Below, in pieces: positions 9,822 through 20,075 of a stretch of DNA of 64,000 nucleotides. Below the pieces are notes generated by a model. That model was not told the origin of the DNA. It did not search any database and was given only the letters and a program-made list of their open reading frames with translations. The position numbers were made by a program, and so were the translations under genes. Source of the DNA: an uncultured Candidatus Binatia bacterium (GTDB lineage: Bacteria > Desulfobacterota > Binatia > Bin18); contig CBDEWE010000002.1 of the NCBI GenBank assembly GCA_965243855.1, forward strand, positions 31,659-95,658, in the 5' to 3' direction. Positions within the stretch are counted from its first letter, which is position 1; every line of letters starts with the position of its first letter.

Positions 9822-10760
9822 ATGCACCGCCGCACCCCTCTCTTGGCCCTGGCCCTGGTCGTCGCTATGACCGCGCCCGTCTTCGCGGCGGCCGAGCCGT
9901 CCCCCGGCCGCACAGACCCGCGTCTGCGCTGGATCGTCTACAACGAGCGGGAAGTGGTGGAAGTGAAGGGGCACTACGGCTACCAGACGCTGGTCCAATT
10001 CGGCGCGTCCGAGGAAATCACGGACGTGTCGATTGGCGACGGGATGGCCTGGCAAGTAGACATCCCGGCCCGTAAGAACCTGCTGTTTTTGAAGCCGGTC
10101 GAAGCCTACGCCTCCACCAATCTGACGGTCTTGACCGCCCGCCCGGCCCTGGACGGCTCGGGGGAGCGGACGCGCATCTACGTGTTCAGCCTGGTGGCGG
10201 CCGTGCCCCGCGAGGAAGGCATTTCGGCCGCGCTCCGTGACGCGGAACGGGAAGCGGCCATTCCCTCTTCTCAGCAGGCCGAACGAGGAGCCGCCGACTT
10301 TACGTGGCTTATCAACTTTCACTATCCGGAAGACCAGGCGGAGAGATTGACGCTACGGGTTCGTCGGACCCAGGAACGCCAAGACTCCCGGGTCGTCCCC
10401 GCCCGGGCGGGGAGTGAGGTGGGTATCGACCCGGCCGCCTGGAATTGGCAGTACACGGTGGCCGGGAATACGACACAAGCCCCGGTCAATGTTTTTGACG
10501 ACGGCCAGCACACGTATCTCCAATTCGACCCCAAGACGCGCGTGCCGGCCGTCTTCCTCGTCCATCCCGACGAAACGGAAAGCCTGGTCAACGTGGTCAG
10601 ACGCGGCCGCTTCCTGGTCGTGCATGACGTGGCCCGGCAATTTACGTTACGCAACGGCGAGATCGAAACGTGTTTGTTCAATGAAGCCTGGGACCCCGAA
10701 CCGGCCCGGACGCTGAACAGCCCGCGGGAAGACCCGGATTATGAACCGGGGTTGCTGTAG
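9822..10760 (+). CDS. virB9: VirB9/TrbG
   Basis: Signal peptide, DPRLRWIVY, TNLTVLT, VFDDGQHTY, ESLVN. Confidence 0.95.
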   Translation: MHRRTPLLALALVVAMTAPVFAAAEPSPGRTDPRLRWIVYNEREVVEVKGHYGYQTLVQFGASEEITDVSIGDGMAWQVDIPARKNLLFLKPVEAYASTNLTVLTARPALDGSGERTRIYVFSLVAAVPREEGISAALRDAEREAAIPSSQQAERGAADFTWLINFHYPEDQAERLTLRVRRTQERQDSRVVPARAGSEVGIDPAAWNWQYTVAGNTTQAPVNVFDDGQHTYLQFDPKTRVPAVFLVHPDETESLVNVVRRGRFLVVHDVARQFTLRNGEIETCLFNEAWDPEPARTLNSPREDPDYEPGLL

Positions 10761-10769
10761 GAGGCGGAT

Positions 10770-11921
10770 ATGGCTGAGCCTGCATCTCCCCGGCCCCCCG
10801 GTAATGGGGACGAGAACAATAGCATAGATCGAACCGCAACACCGTTGCGGGGGGCGTCCCGGCCGAATGTCGGGGCGGCCGTGTTCGTGTTCGCGCTCAT
10901 CCTGGTCGCCGGCCTGTGGTATGCCTTCTCCGGAGAGGAAAAGGTCGGACCAGACGGCCGGCCGCGTACGGTCGATCCCCCGGACCCGGCGGTTATCCCG
11001 CTTCCTTCCGCCCCACCGCCCATCGCCGCACCGCCACCCTCTCCGTCCCCGCCTCTAACAACGCCGGCGGTCGATCCGCTGGCCGAGCAGCGCGCCCGGC
11101 TGCTGGTCAACCGGATTCAGCGGCTGCAAAAAGAGATGGACGAGCGCCGGGAGTCCAAGATGCTGGTGGTGTCCGGTCGCTCCTCCGCCCGGCCCGGGGT
11201 GACGCCAGCCAGCCAGGCCGCTGGGCCGGCGCCGGCCGGCCGCGCCGGCGCGCCGGCCGATAATACCCCGCGTGACGGGGATGTCGGCCCGGTGGCCGAG
11301 CAGCAGGCCGTCCAAGCCCGGCTCATCCGCACCACCGGCTATACCATCACCGAAGGCACGGTGATTCCGGGGGTGTTGGAAACGGCCATCAACTCCGACC
11401 TGCCCGGCATGGTGCGGGCCGTCAACTCGGCCGCAGTGTTCAGCCATGACGGCTCGCAGCTCTTGATCCCCAAAGGCTCTCGTCTGGTCGGTCGCTACCA
11501 GTCGGAGGTCCGTCGCGGCCAGGTCCGTATTTTCATCATCTGGACCCGCCTGATTCGGGCCGATGGGCTGTCCGTTATGATCAACTCGCCCGGCACGGAC
11601 CCGCTCGGCCGCGCCGGCCTGGAGGGGGATGTCGATACCCATTTCTTTCAGATTTTCGGGGCCGCGATTCTGCTCAGCATCCTCGACGGCGGGATTGATG
11701 TGGGGTTGGAAATGGCCCGCCGGCAAGGCGACAACAGCGACACGACCATTATCCAGAACGACCGGGGCCTGAACCGCGCCACCGAGCTGGCCCTCCAGGA
11801 CACAATCCGGATTCAGCCCACCATCCACATCGATCAGGGCACGCAGATCAGCATTCTGGTGGCCCGCGACCTGGATTTTGAGGGGGTCGAACTGGCCCGG
11901 ACGACCGCGCAAGGGAACTGA
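10770..11921 (+). CDS. virB10: VirB10/TrbI
   Basis: TM plus Pro-rich linker; GTVIPGVLETAINSDLPG and DPLGRAG motifs. Confidence 0.95.
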   Translation: MAEPASPRPPGNGDENNSIDRTATPLRGASRPNVGAAVFVFALILVAGLWYAFSGEEKVGPDGRPRTVDPPDPAVIPLPSAPPPIAAPPPSPSPPLTTPAVDPLAEQRARLLVNRIQRLQKEMDERRESKMLVVSGRSSARPGVTPASQAAGPAPAGRAGAPADNTPRDGDVGPVAEQQAVQARLIRTTGYTITEGTVIPGVLETAINSDLPGMVRAVNSAAVFSHDGSQLLIPKGSRLVGRYQSEVRRGQVRIFIIWTRLIRADGLSVMINSPGTDPLGRAGLEGDVDTHFFQIFGAAILLSILDGGIDVGLEMARRQGDNSDTTIIQNDRGLNRATELALQDTIRIQPTIHIDQGTQISILVARDLDFEGVELARTTAQGN

Positions 11922-11925
11922 CACG

Positions 11926-13047
11926 ATGGCAGCCCACTCACCGGAAACCGGCGTTTTCCTCAAACGCTTCTTGCAACCGATACAGCCCTACCTCGATCAA
12001 GACGGCGTATCAGAGGTCTGCGTCAACCGGCCGGGGGAGGCCTGGGTGGAAGAGCAGGGCGCTCGGGGGATGGTCCGAAAGGAGGTTCCGGAGATAACGG
12101 AACGTTCCCTTGTCCAGCTCGCCCGCCAAGTCGCAGCCGCCTCGCATCAAGCGGTCAATGAACGCAAACCGCTGCTGTCGGCCGCGCTGCCGACAGGCGA
12201 GCGGATTCAGGTGGTTCTGCCCCCAGCCGCGAAGGACGGCGGGGCCTTTTCCATCCGCCGACAAGTTGTCCAGAACTTGAGCCTGGACGACTACGCCGCC
12301 AGCGGCGCGTTTCAGCGCGCTCGGGTGACGGCGGGGGACCATCGGTCGCCACTCGACCTGCACCTGTGCGAGCTGCTGACCGCCCACGATTGGCAAGGTT
12401 TTCTCTCGACGGCCGTGGCCGGCCGGAAGAACATGCTGATCGTCGGCGGGACCAGTACGGGCAAGACGACCTTTTTCAATGCCATCGCCAAAGAGATTCC
12501 CGCCGAGGAGCGGCTGGTTTCGCTCGAAGACACGCCCGAATTGGAGCTGCCGCAACCCAACGTCTTGCGCCTCATCGCCTCCAAGGGCGGCCAGGGCCAG
12601 GCGCAAGTCACGATCCAAGACCTGCTGGAGGCAAGTCTACGGCTGCGGCCTGACCGTATTCTGCTGGGCGAGCTACGGGGCGCGGAAGCCTACACCTTCC
12701 TGCAGGCCGTCAACACCGGCCATCCGGGGTCAATCTCGACCCTCCACGCCGACAGCCCCCGCACCGCGTTCGAGCGATTGGTTTTGATGGTCATGCAGGC
12801 CAACCTGGGCCTGCGCCGGGATGAAATTCTGGAATACATCCGTTCGGTGGTCGAGGTCATCGTGCAACTGACCCGGCTCCCGAACGGCCAGCGGTGCGTG
12901 AGCGAGGTGTATTTCGCGTACGCGCCGGACGGGTCGGAAGGGAAGGGAGCGGCGCCAAAGCGGCGCGGCCGCCCCCCGAAAGTCCGCGCTCTTGAGAGTG
13001 CGCGGCCCACGGGAGGGGCGGCCGGGGGCGGGAACGAACCGGGTTAG
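11926..13047 (+). CDS. virB11: VirB11 ATPase
   Basis: Walker A GGTSTGKTT, LEDTPEL, LRLRPDRILLGELRG, NTGHPGSISTLHA. Confidence 0.97.
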   Translation: MAAHSPETGVFLKRFLQPIQPYLDQDGVSEVCVNRPGEAWVEEQGARGMVRKEVPEITERSLVQLARQVAAASHQAVNERKPLLSAALPTGERIQVVLPPAAKDGGAFSIRRQVVQNLSLDDYAASGAFQRARVTAGDHRSPLDLHLCELLTAHDWQGFLSTAVAGRKNMLIVGGTSTGKTTFFNAIAKEIPAEERLVSLEDTPELELPQPNVLRLIASKGGQGQAQVTIQDLLEASLRLRPDRILLGELRGAEAYTFLQAVNTGHPGSISTLHADSPRTAFERLVLMVMQANLGLRRDEILEYIRSVVEVIVQLTRLPNGQRCVSEVYFAYAPDGSEGKGAAPKRRGRPPKVRALESARPTGGAAGGGNEPG

Positions 13048-13276
13048 GGGATGTCCGATGTATGGCTCTCGTATTGCGACCTGCGCGGCATCGCCCTTTC
13101 TCCTCCGGTTGGTCAAACAGAGCTGGGCACTGTGGCCTACCGGCGCTTTTCGGGCCGCTACGCGCCCCCAGAGGCCCGCACCCAGTCGGCAGGGGGCTTG
13201 GGCCTAGGCGCGGGCCAATTCGTGTCGCCCTGGGGCCTGGAGGGCCGGCCAGCGGCGTAACTGAAAGGAGGCAGCG

Positions 13277-15046
13277 ATGGAAAACAAGTGGATTGTCGGC
13301 GTGGGCGTGGTCGTCGGCCTGGCCCTGTTGAGCTTCGCTTGGAGCGCCACGCTGACCTACCTGCTCACCGGCTCGCTCAAAGCCCTCAACGATATGCAAC
13401 CCTGGGCGGTCTACACGTTCATGTGGACCTACGGATTCACGGGGCGGGCCGGTACACTCTTGTGGAACTCCCTGCTCCTCGCGCTGGGCTTCTCCGGCCT
13501 CCTCTCCATCCCGTTCTTTTTCTTCTCCCGGCCGACCTGGTACGGGGACGCGCGCTGGGCGCGCTGGGGAGAGATTCGCAAGGCGAAGCTCCTGGCCCGG
13601 ACCGGCCTGGTCCTGGGGAAGAAGGGCGGGCAGTACTTGGTCAACTCGGAGCCTGTGCATGTCCTGGTCGCCGCCCCGACTCGTAGCGGTAAAGGCGTCG
13701 GCGTGGTCATCCCGAACCTGCTGTTCTGGCAGGACAGCGTTGTTGTCCTGGACATCAAGCACGAGAACTACGCCGCCACGGCCGGCTATCGCCGCCAGCT
13801 CGGCGGTTCCACGGTCTTTAAGTGGTCGCCGATGGACGGACGCTCGCACCGCTACAACCCCTTCGATTTCATCGCCCAAGAGGGGCCGCGGCGGATCACC
13901 GATATGCAGCTCCTGGCGACCATCCTGCTCCCCGCCCCCCCGCGTTCCGATCCCATGTGGATCAACGAGGCGCGCGACTTGTTCTTGGGGGTCGCACTGC
14001 TCGTGCTCGACGATCCGGACGCGCCCTCGACGCTCGGCCAAGTATACCGGACGCTCAAGCAGGAAATGAATTTCGCCGCGGTCGCCAAGCAAGCGCTGGA
14101 GCAGACCGACTTTCCGCTTGATCCCATCTGCCGCCAGGCCCTCGCCAATTTCGTCTACAAGGCGGACAAGGAACAGAGCGGGGTCAAGTCTACGCTCACG
14201 TCCGCGCTCAACCTGTGGGCGAATCCGAACATCGACGTGGCCACGGCCGGCTCGGATTTCGACCTGCGGACGTTCCGCAAACAGCGCGCCTCGGTCTTTG
14301 TCGGCGTGGCGCAGGATCAGCTTGTGACGCTCGCGCCGCTCCTCAACCTGTTCTTTCAGCAGGCCGTCGCCACCTTGAGCCATGCCCTGCCTGGGGAGGA
14401 CGAAACCCACGACGTGCTGTTTATGATTGACGAGTTTCCCATGCTCGGGAAAATGGAGAGCCTGGCAAAGGGTCTGGCCCTGCTCGCCGGCTACAAAATC
14501 CGGATCGTCCTCATTACCCAGGGGCTCGGCCAGCTCAAGGAGATTTACGGCCTGGGCGGCCAGGAAGGCATCCTCCAGAACTGCGCCCTCCAAGTCTTCT
14601 TTGCCTCGAACGACGACAGCACCACCAATTACGTCTCCGGCCGCCTTGGCACACGGACGGTCCAGATCAAAAGCCGCAGCCAGGCCCAGGACTGGAAAAC
14701 CACTACGTCTATGAGCTACATCGCCCGGCCGCTGATGGCGCCGGAGGAAGTCCGCCGGCTCGATCCCGCCAAAACCATCCTGTTCAAGGAGGGCTCACGC
14801 CCGCTGCTGGCCCGCAAGATCAGGTATTACAGCGACCGGCTATTCACCCGCCGGCTGCTTGATCCGCCGCCGGTCCCCGTCCTGGAAATCCCCAAACCAC
14901 CCTTGAGCCGCGCCGAACGCGCGGGCGTTGAGCTTGCCGAGATGATACAGCGCAACGCGCCCGCGCAAGAGCCGGGCGATACGCCGACGCCGGCCGAGCT
15001 GGAAGCGATCTATACCCGCTTCGACGCCTCCCGGCCGGCCGCGTAA
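13277..15046 (+). CDS. virD4: VirD4/TraG coupling protein
   Basis: Two N-terminal TMs, YGDARWA, APTRSGKG, MIDEFP. Confidence 0.97.
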   Translation: MENKWIVGVGVVVGLALLSFAWSATLTYLLTGSLKALNDMQPWAVYTFMWTYGFTGRAGTLLWNSLLLALGFSGLLSIPFFFFSRPTWYGDARWARWGEIRKAKLLARTGLVLGKKGGQYLVNSEPVHVLVAAPTRSGKGVGVVIPNLLFWQDSVVVLDIKHENYAATAGYRRQLGGSTVFKWSPMDGRSHRYNPFDFIAQEGPRRITDMQLLATILLPAPPRSDPMWINEARDLFLGVALLVLDDPDAPSTLGQVYRTLKQEMNFAAVAKQALEQTDFPLDPICRQALANFVYKADKEQSGVKSTLTSALNLWANPNIDVATAGSDFDLRTFRKQRASVFVGVAQDQLVTLAPLLNLFFQQAVATLSHALPGEDETHDVLFMIDEFPMLGKMESLAKGLALLAGYKIRIVLITQGLGQLKEIYGLGGQEGILQNCALQVFFASNDDSTTNYVSGRLGTRTVQIKSRSQAQDWKTTTSMSYIARPLMAPEEVRRLDPAKTILFKEGSRPLLARKIRYYSDRLFTRRLLDPPPVPVLEIPKPPLSRAERAGVELAEMIQRNAPAQEPGDTPTPAELEAIYTRFDASRPAA

Positions 15047-15057
15047 AGGAGGCGGCG

Positions 15058-17406
15058 ATGGATCAGGAGACGTTGAACAAGACGCTGGCCGCCCATCAAA
15101 TCTGGCTGGATAGCGCCGGCCAGGACGGCCAGCGCGCCGACCTGTCGGGAGCGGACCTGCGCTTCCTCAATCTGAGTGGGGTGAGGCTCAAGGAAGCCGT
15201 CTTGCGCGGCGTCGACTTGGTGGGCACGAATCTGACTGGCGCGGACCTCGAAGCAGCGGACCTCGAAGGCGCCACGCTGTTAGGGGCGCGGCTGGAAGGG
15301 GCGAATCTGGAGCGCGTTCACGCGCCTGGGGTGAATTTCTTTAGCGCCAATATGACGGCCGCAAGTCTGCGCCACGCCGACTTGCGGGAGGCGGTATTAC
15401 AAGAGGCGACCTTGACGCAAGCCAAGTTGCACGACGCGACCTTGACGGAGGCGAACCTACTCAAAGCGCAGCTAGAGGAGGCCGACCTCACCGCCGCAGT
15501 CCTGGAAGGGACGACACTGGATGAGGCGAATCTGCGGGACGCCACCCTCCAGCGCGCTCGCCTCGAACACGCTACCCTCATTGACGCGCGTTTATCGGGC
15601 GCGGACCTGGAGGCCGCACAACTGGATAAGGCCGTCCTTATCCGCACAGACCTGGAGGCGGCAAAGCTGGAAAAGGCCAGTTTCGAGGACGCCCACATGG
15701 AAGGGGCGAAGCTCAAGAAGGCCCTCCTTCTTGGCACGGTTTTGGACGGGGCAAATATGGCCGGTGCCGAAGTCGAGCGCGCCGACTTGAGGGATACGCC
15801 GGAGGGGACGAGACAGCCAGCGCTCGATAAGATTTTGGCGGATCATGCCTTGTGGCTAGGTCAAAAGGGCGGGCGTCGCGCCGAGCTGGCAATGGCGGAC
15901 CTGCGCGGGGTCGATTTACAGGGCGCTGACCTCAGCCATGCGGACTTGCAGGGAGCCTTATTGGACGACGCCAACCTGAACGATACAAAGCTCCGTTCAG
16001 TGATCCTCAGCGGCGCCAGCCTGGCGCGCGCATCTCTCCAGCGTACGGATATGGAAGGCGCGGTCTTGCGCGCGGCAAACTTTACCGAAGCCGATCTCCA
16101 GCAGGCCGACCTGACCGCTGTGATGGCGAAAAATGCGATGTTTGAGGCCGCGAATCTGGAGCGTACGGCCTTGCGCGCGGCCGACTTGACCGCCGCGGAT
16201 TTACAAAAGTCGTTCCTTGACCGGGCAACGCTGGTGGGCGCGAATCTGACGGGGGCAGACCTCCGGGTGGCGGATTGTACCGCTACCGTCTTTCTCGAAG
16301 CGCGGCTACCGGGCGCCGACCTCGGCCTGGCGAAGCTCGATCTGGCGGACCTGCGCGGCGCGGATCTGCGCGGCACGAGCCTGACGGAAGCGACGCTAGA
16401 AGGCGCCGACCTGGAAGGCGCGGCTTTAGAGGCGGACGCCTCCCCTCTCACCCGCCGCGATATGATCGAGGAGATTCTAGCCGAGCATCAAACCTGGTTG
16501 GAGACGGAAGGGGAGGGCCGCCGCGCCAATTTGGAGATGGCCGACCTGGCGCACCTGGACCTGCGCGGGGTCAACCTCTCGATGGCGCAACTCCACGGCG
16601 CGCGCCTGGAAGGGGCGGATCTGCGCGAGGCGAAGCTTATCGAGGCGGATATGTTAGGGACTCGGGCCTCTCAGGCCGACATGCGCGGCGTAGTGATGGA
16701 TGGGGTGAATCTGGAGCGCGCCACCCTGGAACGAACCAAGTTACAGAATAGTATCCTGACTCGGGGAAATCTCACCGAAGCCTATCTATGGGGCGCAGAC
16801 CTTCACGGCGCCCAAGCCGAGTGCGTGAACTTCCTTGACGCCCAGCTCCATGGCGCCGACCTCACCGGCGCCCATCTGGCGGTCAGCTCCTTTCAGGGCG
16901 CAGACCTGACGGAAGCGACGCTCAATGGCGCCGACCTGGAAGGCGCAGACTTGAAAAGGGCCTGGCTCATATCAACCGAGCTGGAAGGGGCCAATTTAGG
17001 CCGGACGATTCTGGAACGAGCGGCCGTCCCGGAAGTGGACAGCCCCGCGTCGCAGCCTACGGTCTGGGAGACGGTCAAGCAGCGCGTCGGGGCCTGGTTC
17101 TCGCGAGAAGACGCGCCCGCCCCGGACCCGCCGCCGGCTGCGCCACGCCCCGAGGCCCGGACGGACCGCGACTCGGCCGAAGGCTCGCAGCTCGCGTCCG
17201 CCAAGCGGACGCCGACGCGGGAGGCCGCCCAAGCCGCCTGCGCGCAGATTCTGGCCCATCCCGAGGAGACCCGGGCGGCCATCGCGCAGATGGCGGACCC
17301 GGCCGACCGGGCCAAAGCCGAACGGCTCTTGGCAACGGTTGAGCAGGCCGCGGCCGCCCACCAGCGGACGCCTGAGCGCACCGCTGCGGCCGAGCGAGAC
17401 CGCTAG
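15058..17406 (+). CDS. Pentapeptide-repeat protein with three repeat modules and a charged C-tail
   Basis: Extensive A(D/N)L-type pentapeptides and three H..WL...G.RA(D/E/N)L caps; RBS GGAGG 11 nt after the virD4 stop. Confidence 0.9.
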   Translation: MDQETLNKTLAAHQIWLDSAGQDGQRADLSGADLRFLNLSGVRLKEAVLRGVDLVGTNLTGADLEAADLEGATLLGARLEGANLERVHAPGVNFFSANMTAASLRHADLREAVLQEATLTQAKLHDATLTEANLLKAQLEEADLTAAVLEGTTLDEANLRDATLQRARLEHATLIDARLSGADLEAAQLDKAVLIRTDLEAAKLEKASFEDAHMEGAKLKKALLLGTVLDGANMAGAEVERADLRDTPEGTRQPALDKILADHALWLGQKGGRRAELAMADLRGVDLQGADLSHADLQGALLDDANLNDTKLRSVILSGASLARASLQRTDMEGAVLRAANFTEADLQQADLTAVMAKNAMFEAANLERTALRAADLTAADLQKSFLDRATLVGANLTGADLRVADCTATVFLEARLPGADLGLAKLDLADLRGADLRGTSLTEATLEGADLEGAALEADASPLTRRDMIEEILAEHQTWLETEGEGRRANLEMADLAHLDLRGVNLSMAQLHGARLEGADLREAKLIEADMLGTRASQADMRGVVMDGVNLERATLERTKLQNSILTRGNLTEAYLWGADLHGAQAECVNFLDAQLHGADLTGAHLAVSSFQGADLTEATLNGADLEGADLKRAWLISTELEGANLGRTILERAAVPEVDSPASQPTVWETVKQRVGAWFSREDAPAPDPPPAAPRPEARTDRDSAEGSQLASAKRTPTREAAQAACAQILAHPEETRAAIAQMADPADRAKAERLLATVEQAAAAHQRTPERTAAAERDR

Positions 17407-17433
17407 GCGGCTGCCGTGTGGGTGGAGCATGGC

Positions 17434-18600
17434 TCAACGCTCCCAGCCATCGTTTCCTCGGTCCGCCGCCTTCGCGCGGCTGGCCTGTGCTTGTCGCTCT
17501 TGTGCGGCCCGCTGCTGGCGCTCTTGGCGGTATTCCGCCAGATCACGCGCCAGACTCCGATTGGCCTGGATCGCCTCCCGTTTCGCCTCGCCGCCCTGGA
17601 TACCCTGGATGTGTTCGTGTATCACCCGCTGCGTCCGCCAAATGATCTCCCGGGCCTCCTCGATCTCTGCCGCCGTCTCGCGGCCGTGTTGGGCCAATTC
17701 CAGCCCGACAGCGCCGAGTGCGGCGGCGGCTTGTATGGCGTCCACCTTCCTGCTGTCGCCCGCCAGCTCAGAGAGGCTGACGGCGAGTTTGGCGGAGGCC
17801 CGAGCATACTCCAGCGCCCGGCCGCGTCCAGGGGTCGGAGCAGACGGCCGGGCGGCCTGCTCCTCGGCCAGCGCCGCCCGGGCCGTCTCGCTTTTGAGGG
17901 CAGCACGGCGGGCCTGCGACGGCTCCGCCCCCCGGTGTTGGATGCCTTCAACCTCGCGGCTGGGTCCGCGCGTGGCGTCCAGCCCCCGCGCCTTACGCGG
18001 GGAGGCGTCCAGTTCAATGCCCTGCTCGGCCGCCTTCTCGGCCAGCAGCTCCCGCAGCGCTTGGAGTTCGGCCCGGTTAATGCGGAGCTGCCTGTCATCA
18101 TGGCCGGCGGTTTGTACGAGAATATGGACGTGAAAATGTTTTGTGTCCGCATGGGGCGCGAACAGATAATCGTGGTTCTCGGCAAATGCCGCCCGGAAAA
18201 ACTGCCGCGCCGCCTCGGTTGCCTTCTCCTGGTCCACGCCGGCGGGAAAGCTGACGATGGCGCTCATTGCCAGCCGGCGCCGCTGGTGGGCCTCGGTGTC
18301 CGTGCTCCACTCAGCAACAAACTGCTCGACCTCCGACAGGCTCTCGAAGCGCTCCTCGTGCGGGCCTTCCACGGTCAACTCCCCGTCTCGGGCAATGTAA
18401 GTAGCGCGGTCCCACAGTGCCCCGCCGCTGTGGCTGTAGCTGCTGATTTTGAACACGGCCTTGGGCAGCCGTGTCTCCGCCTGTGGCTGAGGCTGGCGGT
18501 GGCCGGGCCGGAACCATCGGCGGCCGCTGAATCGGTGTTGCCGGGCGCGGCCGGCCTGCTCCAAGCCGCTGCGTTCTTCGTCGTCGTCTTGATACAGCAT
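17434..18600 (-). CDS. MOBP-type (MobA/VirD2-like) relaxase
   Basis: VFKISSY...YIARDG (motif I Tyr), AIVSFP, HADTKHFHVH (HUH motif). Confidence 0.9.
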   Translation of the reverse strand: MLYQDDDEERSGLEQAGRARQHRFSGRRWFRPGHRQPQPQAETRLPKAVFKISSYSHSGGALWDRATYIARDGELTVEGPHEERFESLSEVEQFVAEWSTDTEAHQRRRLAMSAIVSFPAGVDQEKATEAARQFFRAAFAENHDYLFAPHADTKHFHVHILVQTAGHDDRQLRINRAELQALRELLAEKAAEQGIELDASPRKARGLDATRGPSREVEGIQHRGAEPSQARRAALKSETARAALAEEQAARPSAPTPGRGRALEYARASAKLAVSLSELAGDSRKVDAIQAAAALGAVGLELAQHGRETAAEIEEAREIIWRTQRVIHEHIQGIQGGEAKREAIQANRSLARDLAEYRQERQQRAAQERQAQASRAKAADRGNDGWER

Positions 18601-18644
18601 TCCGCCCTCCTGCCTGCTGTATAGCGCGAATCGAGTCTACCGTC

Positions 18645-19448
18645 ATGGCGCAAAAACTGAAACTCTCCCCCGCGCTGGCAGAACGGATTAAGGCCCTGTT
18701 TGACGCCGGCCATAGCCGACGGAAAATAGCGACTCTCCTCCAAGAGGATGGGTACGTTGTCCCAGCGGACAGCCGTCGCAAGACGTGGCATCATTCCCTC
18801 GTCTCGACGTACTTGGAACAACTCGGTCTCGTTTCTCCCCCGAGCTGGATTCTCAAGCCTGGACTCTTGGGTGAGGGGGCGAAGCGCTGGGAGGAGTTGC
18901 TGGCCGCCGCCCCCCACGCGCTGGCCGCCGGTCAGGAGGCCGTCTCAGCGCCGGCCGGAGCCGGTCCGCCACAGCCGGCAGAAGCTCCAGCGCCGACAGG
19001 GGCGAGCCAGCCGGCCGCCAGCGCTCCGGAGCCGGGCGGCCCGCGGTCTTTGCATATCGCAGTCGATGGGCCGTGTACGTCGGCTGACCGGCGGCTGTGG
19101 TTCTCTTTGGTACGGGTGGCCCGGCCGGAGCTGAGCCACAAGCCCCGCCACGATCTGCCCCGCGCGCACGCGCTGGCCCTCCTTGCACCGGGTCCCACTG
19201 CTCCCGGTCCGGCGGACCTGTGGGGGGCGATGAAACGCCTGCGGGCCAGCGGGATCACCTGGGAGGCGCGGTTTGATGGGCTCCCGCTTTTGATTACGAC
19301 TCCACTCATTTCGGGGGTGTTGACCACCACCGCCTTGACGTTTCATTTCTCGCCGGAGCTGGTCACGCTCCTGCTCGATGACACGCAGTTTGCGCGCGTG
19401 CGCGCGCTGCTGGGCCGTGAACACGACTCGCTGTCCTCGACCGTGTAG
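18645..19448 (+). CDS. HTH protein fused to a Rep_3-like winged-helix fragment
   Basis: N-terminal SRRKIATLL...TW...LV HTH, a Pro/Ala linker, and a C-terminal DRRLW...MKRL...LIS...FHFSPEL..LL.D..FARV resembling RepB WH1 (recall). Confidence 0.55.
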   Translation: MAQKLKLSPALAERIKALFDAGHSRRKIATLLQEDGYVVPADSRRKTWHHSLVSTYLEQLGLVSPPSWILKPGLLGEGAKRWEELLAAAPHALAAGQEAVSAPAGAGPPQPAEAPAPTGASQPAASAPEPGGPRSLHIAVDGPCTSADRRLWFSLVRVARPELSHKPRHDLPRAHALALLAPGPTAPGPADLWGAMKRLRASGITWEARFDGLPLLITTPLISGVLTTTALTFHFSPELVTLLLDDTQFARVRALLGREHDSLSSTV

Positions 19449-19450
19449 CG

Positions 19451-19966
19451 TCACCCCACGCAGCCGCTGGCGGGATCTCGCTCGACCCGTTGAGGCGGCC
19501 GCCCAGGCCCGCGCCCTGGCTGACTCTCGGCCGCCTCGATCTCGAAGGGCGAGCGCAATCCCGCTTCTTCACACAGGGGCACGACGATGCGGCGCACGGC
19601 GACCCGCACGGCATTTAAGTAGGTCTGATGGACGACGGTGCATTGGACGCGCGTCGCGTTCAGCACCCGCCGTAGATCGTCCGGCGCGACTTGCTCTCCC
19701 CGGTTGATCGACCGCACAAGCTGGTTCAGATTGCGGCCAATGGCGGCAATCTGGCGGGCCACCATGCGGAGGTCAATCTTGTCGTCTCCGACGAAATCCG
19801 GCGCGCCGGTGGCGGCGATGCGGAGGAGTTGCCGAATAACCTGGCTGGGGGTTTGGCCGGTGGCGGCGGCGATCCGCTTGAGCGCATCGTCTTCCTCGAT
19901 CCGCAGCCGGATATTGCGCGACCGGGAATAGGCTGAGCCGGGGGAGGGGATAGTGCGGTTGGTCAT
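19451..19966 (-). CDS. mobC: MobC relaxosome accessory protein
   Basis: N-terminal RHH pattern and IGRNLNQLVR motif. Confidence 0.9.
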   Translation of the reverse strand: MTNRTIPSPGSAYSRSRNIRLRIEEDDALKRIAAATGQTPSQVIRQLLRIAATGAPDFVGDDKIDLRMVARQIAAIGRNLNQLVRSINRGEQVAPDDLRRVLNATRVQCTVVHQTYLNAVRVAVRRIVVPLCEEAGLRSPFEIEAAESQPGRGPGRPPQRVERDPASGCVG

Positions 19967-20012
19967 GCGTTTCTCCTTGTCTTTCCGGCCCTGGCCGGGC
20001 GGCGAAGCCGGT

Positions 20013-20075
20013 CCAGGGTGGCCGGGCCACCCTGGCAGAGCAACGTTGTGTTACACGTTGCGTATCCTGCCACTC
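20013..20075 (+). other. Origin of transfer (oriT) with an RP4-type nic site
   Basis: TATCCTG^C at 20063-20070, preceded by imperfect IR caacg-t-tgt-gtt-aca-cgttg (20041-20060) and a perfect 11-bp IR (20013-20035); immediately upstream of mobC. Confidence 0.8.

Noticed and set aside
13051-13260. Small ORF between virB11 and virD4 as virB7
   Set aside because: No signal peptide or lipobox; composition looks non-coding.
12857-14593. Long antisense or overlapping ORFs (e.g. 578 aa here, 17416..18624, 11055..11963, 6670..7437)
   Set aside because: They shadow motif-supported genes in high-GC DNA and show no motifs of their own.
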